From: an uncultured Gemmatimonadaceae bacterium
GTDB taxonomy: Bacteria; Gemmatimonadota; Gemmatimonadetes; Gemmatimonadales; Gemmatimonadaceae
Assembly: GCA_963740355.1 (NCBI GenBank)
Contig: CAVUDW010000003.1
Location: 1,696,001 to 1,760,000, forward strand
Direction of reading: 5' to 3'
DNA: 64,000 nt
Part shown: in pieces, positions 30,391 to 40,398 of the stretch
How the letters are laid out: every line of letters begins with the position of its first letter
Position numbering within the stretch: the first letter of the stretch is position 1
The notes under the pieces: generated by a model
What the model was told of the DNA's origin: nothing
The model's input: the letters and a program-made list of their open reading frames with translations, nothing else
The model's database searches: none
Made by a program: the position numbers and the translations under genes

Positions 30391-30410
30391 GCAGCGGCGT
30401 GTAGTATTAC

Positions 30411-30695
30411 GTGAATGACATCAGGAGACGATTGACGATGACAGGACCCGCTCCCACTACTGCGGAAGTCACCAATGTTTCTCGACACGGATTCTGGCTG
30501 CTGCTTGGCGCGGAAGAACTGCTCGTGCCGTTCGCCGATTTCCCGTGGTTCCGCGCGGCTACCATCGATCAGCTTTTAGACGTGCAGTGGCCGTCTGCTG
30601 ATCATCTCTATTGGCCGCAACTCGATATTGATCTATCTGTGCAGTCGATTCGCACACCAGCGGCGTTTCCGCTGGTGGCGAAGATTTCCGGGTGA
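30411..30695 (+). CDS. DUF2442 domain protein
   Basis: EVTNVS.HGFWLL...FPWF..AT...HLYWPQLDIDL. Confidence 0.82.
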   Translation: MNDIRRRLTMTGPAPTTAEVTNVSRHGFWLLLGAEELLVPFADFPWFRAATIDQLLDVQWPSADHLYWPQLDIDLSVQSIRTPAAFPLVAKISG

Positions 30696-30711
30696 GGCGA
30701 GACTGTTGCGG

Positions 30712-31098
30712 TTATGGCGTCACGACTGCGATCTGCAGCGACTGCGCCGCCTCAGTCATGCGATGGTCATACGTTGCCAGTGAGACAACCTGACGCTGGT
30801 CACGCAAATACAGCAGCGACGACAGATGCAACGCATCCAACGTGCGAACTGCCACAGGAAACGGTGCAAGCGCACGGTGCAGCACCGTCGGCGTCAGCTC
30901 GAGGACTGCAATACGCTGCATGAGCTCGCGCGCTGCGTTGCCATGGGACGCACGCAACCCACGCGCATGCAGCCGATTCCAGATTTCGTACTCCAGCAAT
31001 CGACTGCTCACCAGCACCGCCTCCCACAGCCCATCGCTCGGCGCACGGTCCTCGGCCAGCAAGTGGGCCAGAGCGACCGACGTATCGAGATAGATCAT
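30712..31098 (-). CDS. vapC: PIN-domain toxin VapC
   Basis: MIYLDTS...E...VRTLDALHL...TYD. Confidence 0.92.
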   Translation of the reverse strand: MIYLDTSVALAHLLAEDRAPSDGLWEAVLVSSRLLEYEIWNRLHARGLRASHGNAARELMQRIAVLELTPTVLHRALAPFPVAVRTLDALHLSSLLYLRDQRQVVSLATYDHRMTEAAQSLQIAVVTP

Positions 31099-31382
31099 CG
31101 GTCCTGACGACTCTGATCCAGATCCAGAAGAATTTCACGCAGCGGTGCCACCGGCAGACGCGGCGGCGCTCCTTCCCGAATGACCGTCGGGAGTGTGAGC
31201 GCACCGTCGCGCACCATCTCCGCCAGCAGCGCATCGCCTAGCAGGGGATACGACTCCGTTGGCGGGCGCAATTCCGCCACCACGCGATCCCGGTCCGTCA
31301 CCAGAATCGTTTCACCGGCCACGACCAGGCGGATGTACTCGCTCAGGCGATTCTTGAGGACCTTCAGACCGACGGTGCGCAT
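31095..31382 (-). CDS. Phd/YefM-family antitoxin
   Basis: MRTVGLKVLKNRLSEYIRLV.AGETILVTDRDRVVAEL; stop overlaps vapC start. Confidence 0.9.
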   Translation of the reverse strand: MRTVGLKVLKNRLSEYIRLVVAGETILVTDRDRVVAELRPPTESYPLLGDALLAEMVRDGALTLPTVIREGAPPRLPVAPLREILLDLDQSRQDR

Positions 31383-31391
31383 CTGGGAAAT

Positions 31392-31409
31392 GTAGCTCCC
31401 AGAAGCTAC
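31392..31409. promoter_or_regulatory. Putative TA autoregulatory operator
   Basis: GTAGCT-N6-AGCTAC 9 bp upstream of the antitoxin start. Confidence 0.55.
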
Positions 31410-31560
31410 TTGAGGAGACATTTGCGGAGGCGTCGAGGGTTGTCGCAAGAGGACCGCACGAGCCACAGCATACCACTGTTACCTGAACCAACCGTCACCG
31501 AATTCATGCGATCGACATCTCAATTCTCCCCCTCCCGCCACCACTGTCGCCTTCCTTGAT

Positions 31561-31578
31561 TTTCGGTGTTTGTTCGGT
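31561..31578 (+). promoter_or_regulatory. Candidate SOS/LexA-type operator upstream of imuB
   Basis: TTTCGGT/GTTCGGT direct repeat at 11-bp period (TTTC-N7-GTTC) in an AT-rich patch. Confidence 0.4.
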
Positions 31579-31652
31579 AACCTCTCCCTCCCACCCCGCC
31601 ACCGCACCCAGCCCGCCCCCGCTCTCCCCAGCGTGCCCGCCGCCCCCGATCC

Positions 31653-33344
31653 ATGCCGTCCCTCTGGCGCGTTGCCTGTGTCCGTATCCCCCGCTTCCCG
31701 GTTGGTGCCGTCTGGCGCGCCAACCAGGGGCCGCGGCAATTGGGACTGGGACTCGGGCTCACGGCCGAGCCGGCCCCGACGCCCAAGCCCGGGGACGAGG
31801 CCAGACACTGGGACGACCGCCTCCTCGCCCTCGCCGACGGCAACAAGCTCCGCGCCGTGAGCGCCGCCGCCGGTCACGCCCGTGTCCGCGCCGGCATGAC
31901 CGTCACCGCCGCCAAGGCCCGCTGCTCCCGCCTCGAGATCCTGCCCTGGGACGAGATCGCCATCGCCGGCGCCCTCACCCGCGCCACCGCGGCCCTCATC
32001 CAGGCCAGCCCCCACGTCTCCCCGGCCGGCGCCATCAATGGCACCTGGTGGGTCGGGGCGACGGGGTTCGACGCCATCGGCGGTGAACGACGCCTCGCCC
32101 AGACACTGCTCACCATCGCCCAGCGCTGGCACCCACGGGCCCGGGTCGCGATCGCCGACTCCTGCGCCGCCGCCCGCGCCGCCACCTGGCAGCAGCCGCC
32201 CGCCGGCCAGCCGCTGTCGTTCTGCATCCCCTCCGGCGGCGACGCAGCCTTCCTCGCCCCCCTCCCGCTGGGCTTCCTCCCGCTCGACGACGAGCTGGTG
32301 GCCGCCCTCGAGGCGCTGGGCATCAAGACGGTGGGTGGCTTCGCAGCCCTGCCGGTGGCCGACATCGAACGGCGCTGGGGCGACTCGGGGCTGCGCGCCT
32401 GGCGCCTCGCCCACGGCGAGGACTCCCGCCGCCCAGTCCTCGCCCGCCTCGAAGCACACCGATCAGTGACGGCGGAGTTGGGCGGATCCAGCGACACCAT
32501 GGAGCCAGCACTCTTCCTCGTCCGGGCCGCCCTCGAGACGCTGGTGCGCGACCTGGTGCGTGATGGCCTCGCCGCCGCCGCCGTCGCGATCACCCTCCAT
32601 CTCGATGGCGGCAAGCAGAAGCGCGACGACCTCACACCGGCCGAAACGATCACGCGCGAGGTGCGCCCCGCACATCCGCTGGCCCGCGTCGCACCACTCT
32701 TCGAACGCTGTCGCGCACTGCTGTCCGATTGGGCGATCGTCGCGCCGATCTGCGGTGTCACGGTCACCCTCACCAACACCGTGCCAGCGACGGGTGAACA
32801 GGGCGACCTGCTCGATGCGGGTTGGCGCGACCCAGGCGCGGCCCTCGCCGCACTCGAACGCCTGCGCAGCACACTCGGCCCCGATGCGGTGATGCGTCCG
32901 GTGTTGCGCGACGATTTCCGCGCCGAGCAGGCCGGCGCGTGGGCCGAACTGGTGGATGGTGATGATGCCGCACTGGCCGCCGCCAACCGTGTGGAGCAGA
33001 ACGCCGTCGATGCACGCCACGACGACACGGCACCCACCACTTACACCGGCACCTGGCTCCCCCTCTTCACCACCGACCGCGCCGCCACGCCCGCTGCACT
33101 ACGCCTGCTCGAAACTCCACAGCCAGTGCGCATGACCTGCGACGCCGAGCACCGTCCAATCGCCGGTGTCTGGCAGTCACACACCTTCACCGTGCAGGAA
33201 TCCATCGGCCCCGAGCGCCTCACCGGCGCCTGGTGGCGCACCCCCTTCGCCCGCGACTACTGGTATCTCCGCACCCGCGAAGTCGGCACCCTCCTCCTCT
33301 ACCACCAGAGCGACGCCTGGGTGCTGCAGGGGTGGTATGACTGA
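31653..33344 (+). CDS. imuB: ImuB, catalytically inactive Y-family polymerase homologue
   Basis: VRAGMTV, LEALGIKT, QGDLL clamp-motif, C-terminal GPERL...WW...RDYW...W.LQGWYD. Confidence 0.9.
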   Translation: MPSLWRVACVRIPRFPVGAVWRANQGPRQLGLGLGLTAEPAPTPKPGDEARHWDDRLLALADGNKLRAVSAAAGHARVRAGMTVTAAKARCSRLEILPWDEIAIAGALTRATAALIQASPHVSPAGAINGTWWVGATGFDAIGGERRLAQTLLTIAQRWHPRARVAIADSCAAARAATWQQPPAGQPLSFCIPSGGDAAFLAPLPLGFLPLDDELVAALEALGIKTVGGFAALPVADIERRWGDSGLRAWRLAHGEDSRRPVLARLEAHRSVTAELGGSSDTMEPALFLVRAALETLVRDLVRDGLAAAAVAITLHLDGGKQKRDDLTPAETITREVRPAHPLARVAPLFERCRALLSDWAIVAPICGVTVTLTNTVPATGEQGDLLDAGWRDPGAALAALERLRSTLGPDAVMRPVLRDDFRAEQAGAWAELVDGDDAALAAANRVEQNAVDARHDDTAPTTYTGTWLPLFTTDRAATPAALRLLETPQPVRMTCDAEHRPIAGVWQSHTFTVQESIGPERLTGAWWRTPFARDYWYLRTREVGTLLLYHQSDAWVLQGWYD

Positions 33345-33350
33345 TCCGAT

Positions 33351-34023
<673 letters not shown>

Positions 34024-34035
34024 GTCGCCGCAACG

Positions 34036-34476
34036 TCAGAGCAGCGGGTTCCCTTCCCGGTCCGAGATCATCACCCACACACTCCGCGTCCGCTTGCTGT
34101 AGAACAGCCGGACCGTCACATCACGTGGGTTCTGCTTGAACGCAAAGTGGAACGAGAACGTCGTGTCCAGCGACTCCCGCAGCACCCCTTCCTTGAACTG
34201 CCCGTAGAACTGCTGGACCTTGGTGCAGGGCGCGATCTCGCTGAAGAACTTCTTCCCGATCGTCACCTCCTTCGGCAACTGCGCGAGGCGACTCTCGACC
34301 GCGTTGTACTTGAGGATGCGGCCCGTCGCATCGAGCTGGATCATGCCGTACGGCAACGTGTCCAGCTCCTCGCTCGACATGGTGTCGGCCGCCGACAGGA
34401 TTTCCGCCTTGTGCGCTTCATGCGATGCCGGCGTCAATCGCATCATGTCGCGACGCGGTGTCTCAGGGGTGTCCAT
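34036..34476 (-). CDS. pyp: Photoactive yellow protein homologue (start 34476 or 34446)
   Basis: LDTLPYGMIQLD..GRILKYNAVE...IGKKFFSEIAPCT....FYGQFKEGV aligns with PYP; Tyr42, Glu46 and Cys69 equivalents present. Confidence 0.88.
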   Translation of the reverse strand: MDTPETPRRDMMRLTPASHEAHKAEILSAADTMSSEELDTLPYGMIQLDATGRILKYNAVESRLAQLPKEVTIGKKFFSEIAPCTKVQQFYGQFKEGVLRESLDTTFSFHFAFKQNPRDVTVRLFYSKRTRSVWVMISDREGNPLL

Positions 34477-34505
34477 GCGAGGCAATATAGCCGCGGAGGT
34501 GCGGC

Positions 34506-37500
34506 ATGACCGGCGACGATTACGTCGAGTTGCACGCGCACAGCGCCTTCTCGCTGCTCGATGGTGCCTCTGCACCAGAGGAGCTCATCGCACGTGCCGT
34601 CATCACCGGACAGTTGGCCATCGCACTCACCGATCACGATGAACTCGGCGGGGCCGTCCGGTTTGCACAGGCGGCCGATGCTGCGGGGATTGCCGGCATC
34701 ATCGGGGCCGAACTCACCGTGTCTGCCAACGGCGCCCTGCAGCACCTCACCCTGCTCGCGACATCACGACTCGGTTATGGCAACCTCAGCACACTGATCA
34801 CGCGTGCCCGAATGGACGTGCCGGAACGTGGCGCCCCTTCGGTGCCATTCGACCTGCTGGCCGCGCACACCGATGGGCTCTTCGCGCTCAGCGGCTGTCC
34901 GCGTGGCGCCGTGCCGCAGGCGCTCGCGGCCGGCAACGTCGCCGAGGCCAATCGCATCGCCGGGACGCTGCGCGACCTGTTCGAGGATGCGTTCGCGATC
35001 GAAGTCTGGGATCATCGCTTGCCCGAAGAACATGCGCTGGTGCGACAGCTCATTCCCATCGCGCGTCGCATCGGTGTGCCCTGGGTCGTGACCAACAACG
35101 CCCACTACGCCACCCGTCAGGGCCGCCCCGCGCACGACGCCCTCACCGCACTGCGCCATGGTCGCCCGTTGGACGCCATGGGTACACGGCTGCGACCCAA
35201 TGGCGAGTGGTACCTCAAGTCCACCGCGCTGCATTACAAGCGCTGGCTCGGGCATGAAGCCGGCCTGCGGGCCACACGGGTGATTGCGGAGCGATGCCAG
35301 TTCCGGATCAGTCAGCTCAAGCCATCGCTGCCGCGGTTTCCGTTGCCGCCCGGTGTCAGCGAGGACGACTATCTCGCACAACTCGTCGAGACCGGCGCCA
35401 CCGAACGTTGGGGTCACACGCGCACCCCCGCGCAGGCGAAGCAGCTCGCGCATGAACTGGAAGTCATCCGTCGACTCGACATGGCCGGCTATTTCCTGAT
35501 CGTGTGGGATATCGTCCGTTTCTCCCGCCGCGAAGGGATCCTCTGCCAGGGACGCGGTTCTGCCGCCAACTCCGCCGTCTGCTACTGCCTCGGCATCACC
35601 GCCGTCGATCCGATTCGCATGGAGCTGCTGTTCGAGCGGTTCCTCAGCGAGGATCGTCGCGAGCCGCCGGACATCGACATCGACTTTGCACACCGCGAAC
35701 GTGAGCGGGTGCTGCAATACGTGTACGAGCGCTACGGTCGCGAACATGCGGCGATGGTCTGCGAGCAGATCACCTATCGCGGGCGCAGCGCGGTGCGTGA
35801 TGCCGCGCGCATTCTCGGCTTCTCGCTCGAACAGGGCGATGCACTGGCCGCCGTCAGTGATCGCTTCAGCGCCCGCAGCACCGCCGCCGCCCTGCGCGCC
35901 GGACTCGGCACCGCCAGCGCCGAGGATCTCCGTCGTACCGCGTTCGTCGAGGCGACGCCGCGCAGCATCGGCGCCACTGGGCCAGTGCATCGTGCCGACA
36001 AGCCCGATGCCGAGCTGCCACACATCCAACGCGACCTCGGCAAGCGTGCGTTCGCCGTCGACCTGCCGGAAGCCGAACGCACGCCGACGATTCCCCTCAC
36101 CATGCGCCGCCCCGCCATCCGCACAGCATCGGCCGACATCGATGCCTACGATGGCGAAAACACCATCGACAAACCTGAGCTCCGCAAGCGCTACGAACGC
36201 GAAGAACGCCTCGCGGCCATTCCGTCGGCTCGCACCCGTCGCGTTACGGCCTCTGAACGGTCGCGCGTTGACCTGTCCACCGTGGCGCTCGTGACATCGC
36301 AAACTGCTGGTGAGGGGGAGGCCACGGAGCTCACGGAGTGCTCGACTGGACGGAGTGTCAACACCCGCAACGAACGTGATGGAGTGGTTGATGTGCCCTC
36401 ACCTTCGTCACCAACGTCGCCCTCCACCGACGCTCCGAGTGCCACGCACTCCGTGAGCTCCGTGGCCTCCGCTCCCAATGCAGTTGCAGTTGCAGTTCCG
36501 CCACCACGCACCGACATCCTCGAACGCGCCGGACTCGATCCCAAGGATCCGCGCGTCCGCGCATTGGCCGACATCGTGGACGGTCTGCATCAGCTCCCGC
36601 GTCATCGCTCGATTCACGTCGGTGGGTTCGTGCTCACACGCGAACCGCTGTCGACGGTGGTGCCGATCGAACCGGCATCGATGCCGGGACGCACGGTCAT
36701 CCAGTGGGAACGCGACGATCTCGATGCGGCTAGCCTGGTGAAGATCGACCTGCTCGGCCTTGGCATCCTCACCGTGCTGCAGGATTGCCTGGTGTATGTG
36801 CGACAGACTCGCGGTGTGACCATCGACCTCGCGCTGCTCGACACCAGCGACCAGGCGGTCTACGATGATCTCTGCGCGGCCGATACCATCGGCGTCTTTC
36901 AGGTCGAGAGTCGCGCACAGATGAACACCTTGCCGCGCCTCAAGCCACGCTGCTTCTACGACATCGTGGTCGAGGTGGCGCTGATCCGCCCCGGACCGAT
37001 TCAGGGCGCGATGGTGCATCCGTATCTGCGCCGTCGCGCGGGCGTAGAAGAGGTGGTGTATCCACATCCATCGCTCGAACCGATCCTCAAGCGCACGCTT
37101 GGTGTGCCACTGTTTCAGGAGCAGGGCATGCAGGTGGCCATTGCCTGCGCCGGGTTCACCGCCGGTGAGGCCGACACGCTGCGGCGCGCGATGGGTCACA
37201 AGCGCAGTCACGAAAAGATGGAGGCGCTGCGGCAGAAGATGCTGGCCGGCATGCGAGCCAATGGGATCGACGGCGATGTGGCGAACCGCATCTTCGCGCA
37301 GATCAACGCCTTTGCCGACTACGGCTTTCCCGAGAGTCACGCCGCCAGTTTTGCGTTGCTCGTGTACGCGTCGGCCTGGCTGCGGCACTACTACCATGCC
37401 GAGTTTCTGGCGGCGATGCTCAACGCGCAGCCGATGGGGTTTTATGCGCCCGGGACGTTGATCGAGGATGGGCGCAGGCATGGGGTGGAGGTCCGTGGTG

Positions 37501-38288
37501 TCGATCTGACCTGTTCGGCGTGGGATGCGACGCTCGAGTCGCGCGCACCCGAGTCGAAGGCGCCGGCGATCCGGCTTGGTGTGCGCAGTGTGCGCGGACT
37601 TGGGGCGGCCGCGCGTGGCAAGCTCGAAGCAGCGCTGACCGAAGGAGCATTCAGCGATGTGGGCGATGTCGTGCGGCGCACGCGCCTCGATCGACGTGCA
37701 CTGCGATTGCTGGCCGAGTCGGGGGCGTTTGATGGGATGTTCGCGAACGAGCCACTGGCCACGCGGCGACGGCGGGCGTTGTGGGAAGTGCTGGCGGCGG
37801 TGCGTGGTGATGCTGGCCCGCTGGCACCGTCGGTGTTGCTGCCCGATGCAGCCTTGCCGCGGATGTCGATGGCCGACCTCACCGAGGCCGATTATCGCGT
37901 GATGGGGGTGTCGCTGAACGGGCATCCGATGCGGCACCTGCGGCCGTTGCTGCAACCGAATGGCATCCGGAGCGCGCGCGACATTCAGGCCAACGGCCGT
38001 GATACCGAGCAGGTCGCGATCGCGGGCCTCGTCATCTGCCGCCAGCGCCCCAGCACGGCGAAGGGATTCGTGTTCCTGTCGCTGGAGGACGAGACCGGCA
38101 TCGTGAACGTCGTCGTCACCCCGCAGCGGTTCGAGCGTGATGCCCTCAAGATCAGCACCTCGCCCCTGCTGCTGGTGCGTGGCACGCTGCAGGTGGAGTC
38201 GAACGTGGTGACGCTGCGCGGCCGGCTCTTCGTGCCGCTCGATGCACAGCTCGGGGCCGAACATGCGCGCAGCCACGATTTCCGGTGA
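34506..38288 (+). CDS. dnaE2: Error-prone DNA polymerase DnaE2/ImuC with a ~210-aa in-frame insertion
   Basis: YVELHAHSAFSLLDGAS, GRGSAANS, PPDIDIDF, KIDLLGLG, VFQVESRAQM, YGFPESHA, C-terminal SHDFR; GGAGG RBS. Confidence 0.96.
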   Translation: MTGDDYVELHAHSAFSLLDGASAPEELIARAVITGQLAIALTDHDELGGAVRFAQAADAAGIAGIIGAELTVSANGALQHLTLLATSRLGYGNLSTLITRARMDVPERGAPSVPFDLLAAHTDGLFALSGCPRGAVPQALAAGNVAEANRIAGTLRDLFEDAFAIEVWDHRLPEEHALVRQLIPIARRIGVPWVVTNNAHYATRQGRPAHDALTALRHGRPLDAMGTRLRPNGEWYLKSTALHYKRWLGHEAGLRATRVIAERCQFRISQLKPSLPRFPLPPGVSEDDYLAQLVETGATERWGHTRTPAQAKQLAHELEVIRRLDMAGYFLIVWDIVRFSRREGILCQGRGSAANSAVCYCLGITAVDPIRMELLFERFLSEDRREPPDIDIDFAHRERERVLQYVYERYGREHAAMVCEQITYRGRSAVRDAARILGFSLEQGDALAAVSDRFSARSTAAALRAGLGTASAEDLRRTAFVEATPRSIGATGPVHRADKPDAELPHIQRDLGKRAFAVDLPEAERTPTIPLTMRRPAIRTASADIDAYDGENTIDKPELRKRYEREERLAAIPSARTRRVTASERSRVDLSTVALVTSQTAGEGEATELTECSTGRSVNTRNERDGVVDVPSPSSPTSPSTDAPSATHSVSSVASAPNAVAVAVPPPRTDILERAGLDPKDPRVRALADIVDGLHQLPRHRSIHVGGFVLTREPLSTVVPIEPASMPGRTVIQWERDDLDAASLVKIDLLGLGILTVLQDCLVYVRQTRGVTIDLALLDTSDQAVYDDLCAADTIGVFQVESRAQMNTLPRLKPRCFYDIVVEVALIRPGPIQGAMVHPYLRRRAGVEEVVYPHPSLEPILKRTLGVPLFQEQGMQVAIACAGFTAGEADTLRRAMGHKRSHEKMEALRQKMLAGMRANGIDGDVANRIFAQINAFADYGFPESHAASFALLVYASAWLRHYYHAEFLAAMLNAQPMGFYAPGTLIEDGRRHGVEVRGVDLTCSAWDATLESRAPESKAPAIRLGVRSVRGLGAAARGKLEAALTEGAFSDVGDVVRRTRLDRRALRLLAESGAFDGMFANEPLATRRRRALWEVLAAVRGDAGPLAPSVLLPDAALPRMSMADLTEADYRVMGVSLNGHPMRHLRPLLQPNGIRSARDIQANGRDTEQVAIAGLVICRQRPSTAKGFVFLSLEDETGIVNVVVTPQRFERDALKISTSPLLLVRGTLQVESNVVTLRGRLFVPLDAQLGAEHARSHDFR
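36298..36498. repeat. Palindromic element inside the dnaE2 reading frame
   Basis: Perfect 25-bp inverted repeat 36317-36341/36446-36470, followed by (GCAGTT)x3. Confidence 0.85.
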
Positions 38289-38376
38289 CAGGGGTAGCAC
38301 ACACAGGGGTTCAGGCGCGCTCGACTGTCTGGTGTGTAGCGGCCTACCTTTCGATTCGCGCTCACCCGGACACTGC

Positions 38377-38871
38377 ATGCGCACTCCACTGCTCGTCACG
38401 CTCCTCTGCCTCACGACAGGCCTCACCGCCTGCATGCCGCCCAAGTCGCTGCCCCCAAAGCCGCGGCCAGACGATACCGACCTGCAGGATCAGCTCTTTG
38501 CCGCCGACCGCGCTTTCGCGCGGGCGGTGGCCGACAGTGGCGCACCGGCTTGGAATGCGCGGCTCGCAGACGACATCGCCAAACCCGGGAACGGAGGCCT
38601 CATCCTGCTCCGCGGCATCGTACCCGTGGCCGCCAACGACAAGTCGCTCTTCGCCGACGCCGCCCAGCTGCTCGTCTGGGAGCCAACCGACGCGGTCGCG
38701 TACACCGATCGTGTGACGGGGGTCACGGTAGGGCGGTATGCTATGGTTCGTCGCAGTGTCCGCACCGATACCCTCACCCGCGGCCGCTACCTCACGCTCT
38801 GGCGCAAGCAGTCCGATGGTCGCTGGAAGATCATGCTCGACACCGGCTGGCCCGACACGCCGAACAAGTAG
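38377..38871 (+). CDS. NTF2-like/DUF4440 lipoprotein
   Basis: Lipobox LTAC; GRYLTLWRKQSDGRWKI.LD.G. Confidence 0.85.
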   Translation: MRTPLLVTLLCLTTGLTACMPPKSLPPKPRPDDTDLQDQLFAADRAFARAVADSGAPAWNARLADDIAKPGNGGLILLRGIVPVAANDKSLFADAAQLLVWEPTDAVAYTDRVTGVTVGRYAMVRRSVRTDTLTRGRYLTLWRKQSDGRWKIMLDTGWPDTPNK

Positions 38872-38903
38872 TCCAGGCAGAAACCGAGACCATCTTTCCG
38901 TCC

Positions 38904-39503
38904 ATGCTGCGCGACCTCCTGCCACCGGCCCTTCGCGATCGGTACGACGCGAATCGCTCCGACAAACGCGACATCGACGGGGTGCAGGCCTGGTTCCTCA
39001 ACGAGCGTGAGGACATCGACAACGCGCACCTGGTCTCGCGCTTCACCGAAGCGCTGACGCTGATCGGCAAGTACATGCCGCGCCACCTGCGCCGCCTGCG
39101 TCAGGACGTGCACTGCATCTGGGTCAAGCGCTGGCCCAACCGCGGGATCTTTTTCCACGACACCCGCATCATGGTGATCGACACCACCTTCGTCGTGAAT
39201 CCGACCTTCACGCTGGCGCAGGTGGCGGCCACGATCCTGCACGAAGGGGTGCATGCGCGCATCACGGCCATGCGAGTCAACCGTCGCTACACCAACATCG
39301 CTGACGAAGAGCGCATGTGTCGCCGTGCCGAGATCGCGTTCGGGCAACTGGCGCCAGGTGGCGCGCCGGTGGTGGCACGCGCGATGGAAATCCTTGGCCT
39401 CACCGACGACGAGGTGGCGCCAGGCATCGACCTCGCCGTGGCGGACGCCAAGCTCCGCGAGCTACGCAAGCGTGAAGGGGGTTCAGGGAGCGGCAACGTC
39501 TAG
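38904..39503 (+). CDS. Hypothetical protein with a HEXXH motif
   Basis: ILHEGVHAR and downstream EERMC. Confidence 0.7.
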   Translation: MLRDLLPPALRDRYDANRSDKRDIDGVQAWFLNEREDIDNAHLVSRFTEALTLIGKYMPRHLRRLRQDVHCIWVKRWPNRGIFFHDTRIMVIDTTFVVNPTFTLAQVAATILHEGVHARITAMRVNRRYTNIADEERMCRRAEIAFGQLAPGGAPVVARAMEILGLTDDEVAPGIDLAVADAKLRELRKREGGSGSGNV

Positions 39504-39517
39504 CTACGCTTGTGGCC

Positions 39518-40393
39518 ATGCCACGTGTCGCCTTCCTCACGCTCGAAAACATCGCCGACTTCGTGATCGACGATGCGCTGGCCATTGCCGAACTGACCCG
39601 CCGCGGGTGGGATGCCACCGAGGTGCCGTGGTCACGCGCTGACGTCGACTGGAGCAGCTACGACCTGGTGGTCATTCGCACCACCTGGGACTACCACGAT
39701 CGGCCGGTCGAGTTTCTCGCCACGCTGGCGGCCATCGAAGCCAGCGGCACACGGCTGGAGAACCCGCGCGACCTGGTGGTCTGGAACCTCGACAAGCAGT
39801 ACCTGCGCAGCCTCGAGGCGCGCGGCGTGCCGATCGTTCCCAGCGTCTGGGGACATGGTGGTGATGCGAAAGTTTTTGCCGCGCTCTTCACCACGCTGCA
39901 GGACACCGAGATCGTCATCAAGCCGACCATCAGCGGTGGCGCGAAGAACACCTTTCGCGTGCATGCGCCGATCGATGACGTGACGATGCAGCACCTGATC
40001 GACACCTTCGCCGAGCGGGACTGGTTTGCCCAGGCCTTCCTCCGCTCCGTCATCACCGAGGGTGAGTACTCGCTCTTCTATTTCGTTGGCAAGATCAGCC
40101 ATGCCGTGCAGAAGATTCCGAAGTCAGGCGATTTCCGGGTGCAGGAAGAGCATGGCGGCGACATCAAGGGCATGACGATCACGCCTGAACTTCGCCGCGC
40201 GGCTGACCACGTGCTGGCCGCAATCACACCAGCGCCACTGCAGGCGCGCATCGACCTCGTGCGACTCGCCGACGGAACCCTGGGCGTGATGGAAGTCGAG
40301 TTGATCGAGCCGTCGCTCTATCTGCGCATGCATCCAGACGCGCCGTCGAACTTTGCCGATGCGCTCGATGCGCGCGTTCAGCAGGTCGGCTGA
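39518..40393 (+). CDS. RimK-like ATP-grasp protein
   Basis: IRTTWDYH, WNLDKQYL, IKPTISGG, DFRVQEEHGG, MEVELIEPSLY. Confidence 0.9.
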   Translation: MPRVAFLTLENIADFVIDDALAIAELTRRGWDATEVPWSRADVDWSSYDLVVIRTTWDYHDRPVEFLATLAAIEASGTRLENPRDLVVWNLDKQYLRSLEARGVPIVPSVWGHGGDAKVFAALFTTLQDTEIVIKPTISGGAKNTFRVHAPIDDVTMQHLIDTFAERDWFAQAFLRSVITEGEYSLFYFVGKISHAVQKIPKSGDFRVQEEHGGDIKGMTITPELRRAADHVLAAITPAPLQARIDLVRLADGTLGVMEVELIEPSLYLRMHPDAPSNFADALDARVQQVG

Positions 40394-40398
40394 GCGAC

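Noticed and set aside
35880..36515. Intein in DnaE2
   Set aside because: No C-terminal His-Asn followed by Cys/Ser/Thr and no homing-endonuclease motifs; the segment is low-complexity and repeat-derived
34764..38444. Long antisense ORFs (34764..36302, 36408..38444; similar ones at 45403, 50321, 61082)
   Set aside because: Shadow ORFs of high-GC genes on the opposite strand with no recognisable motifs
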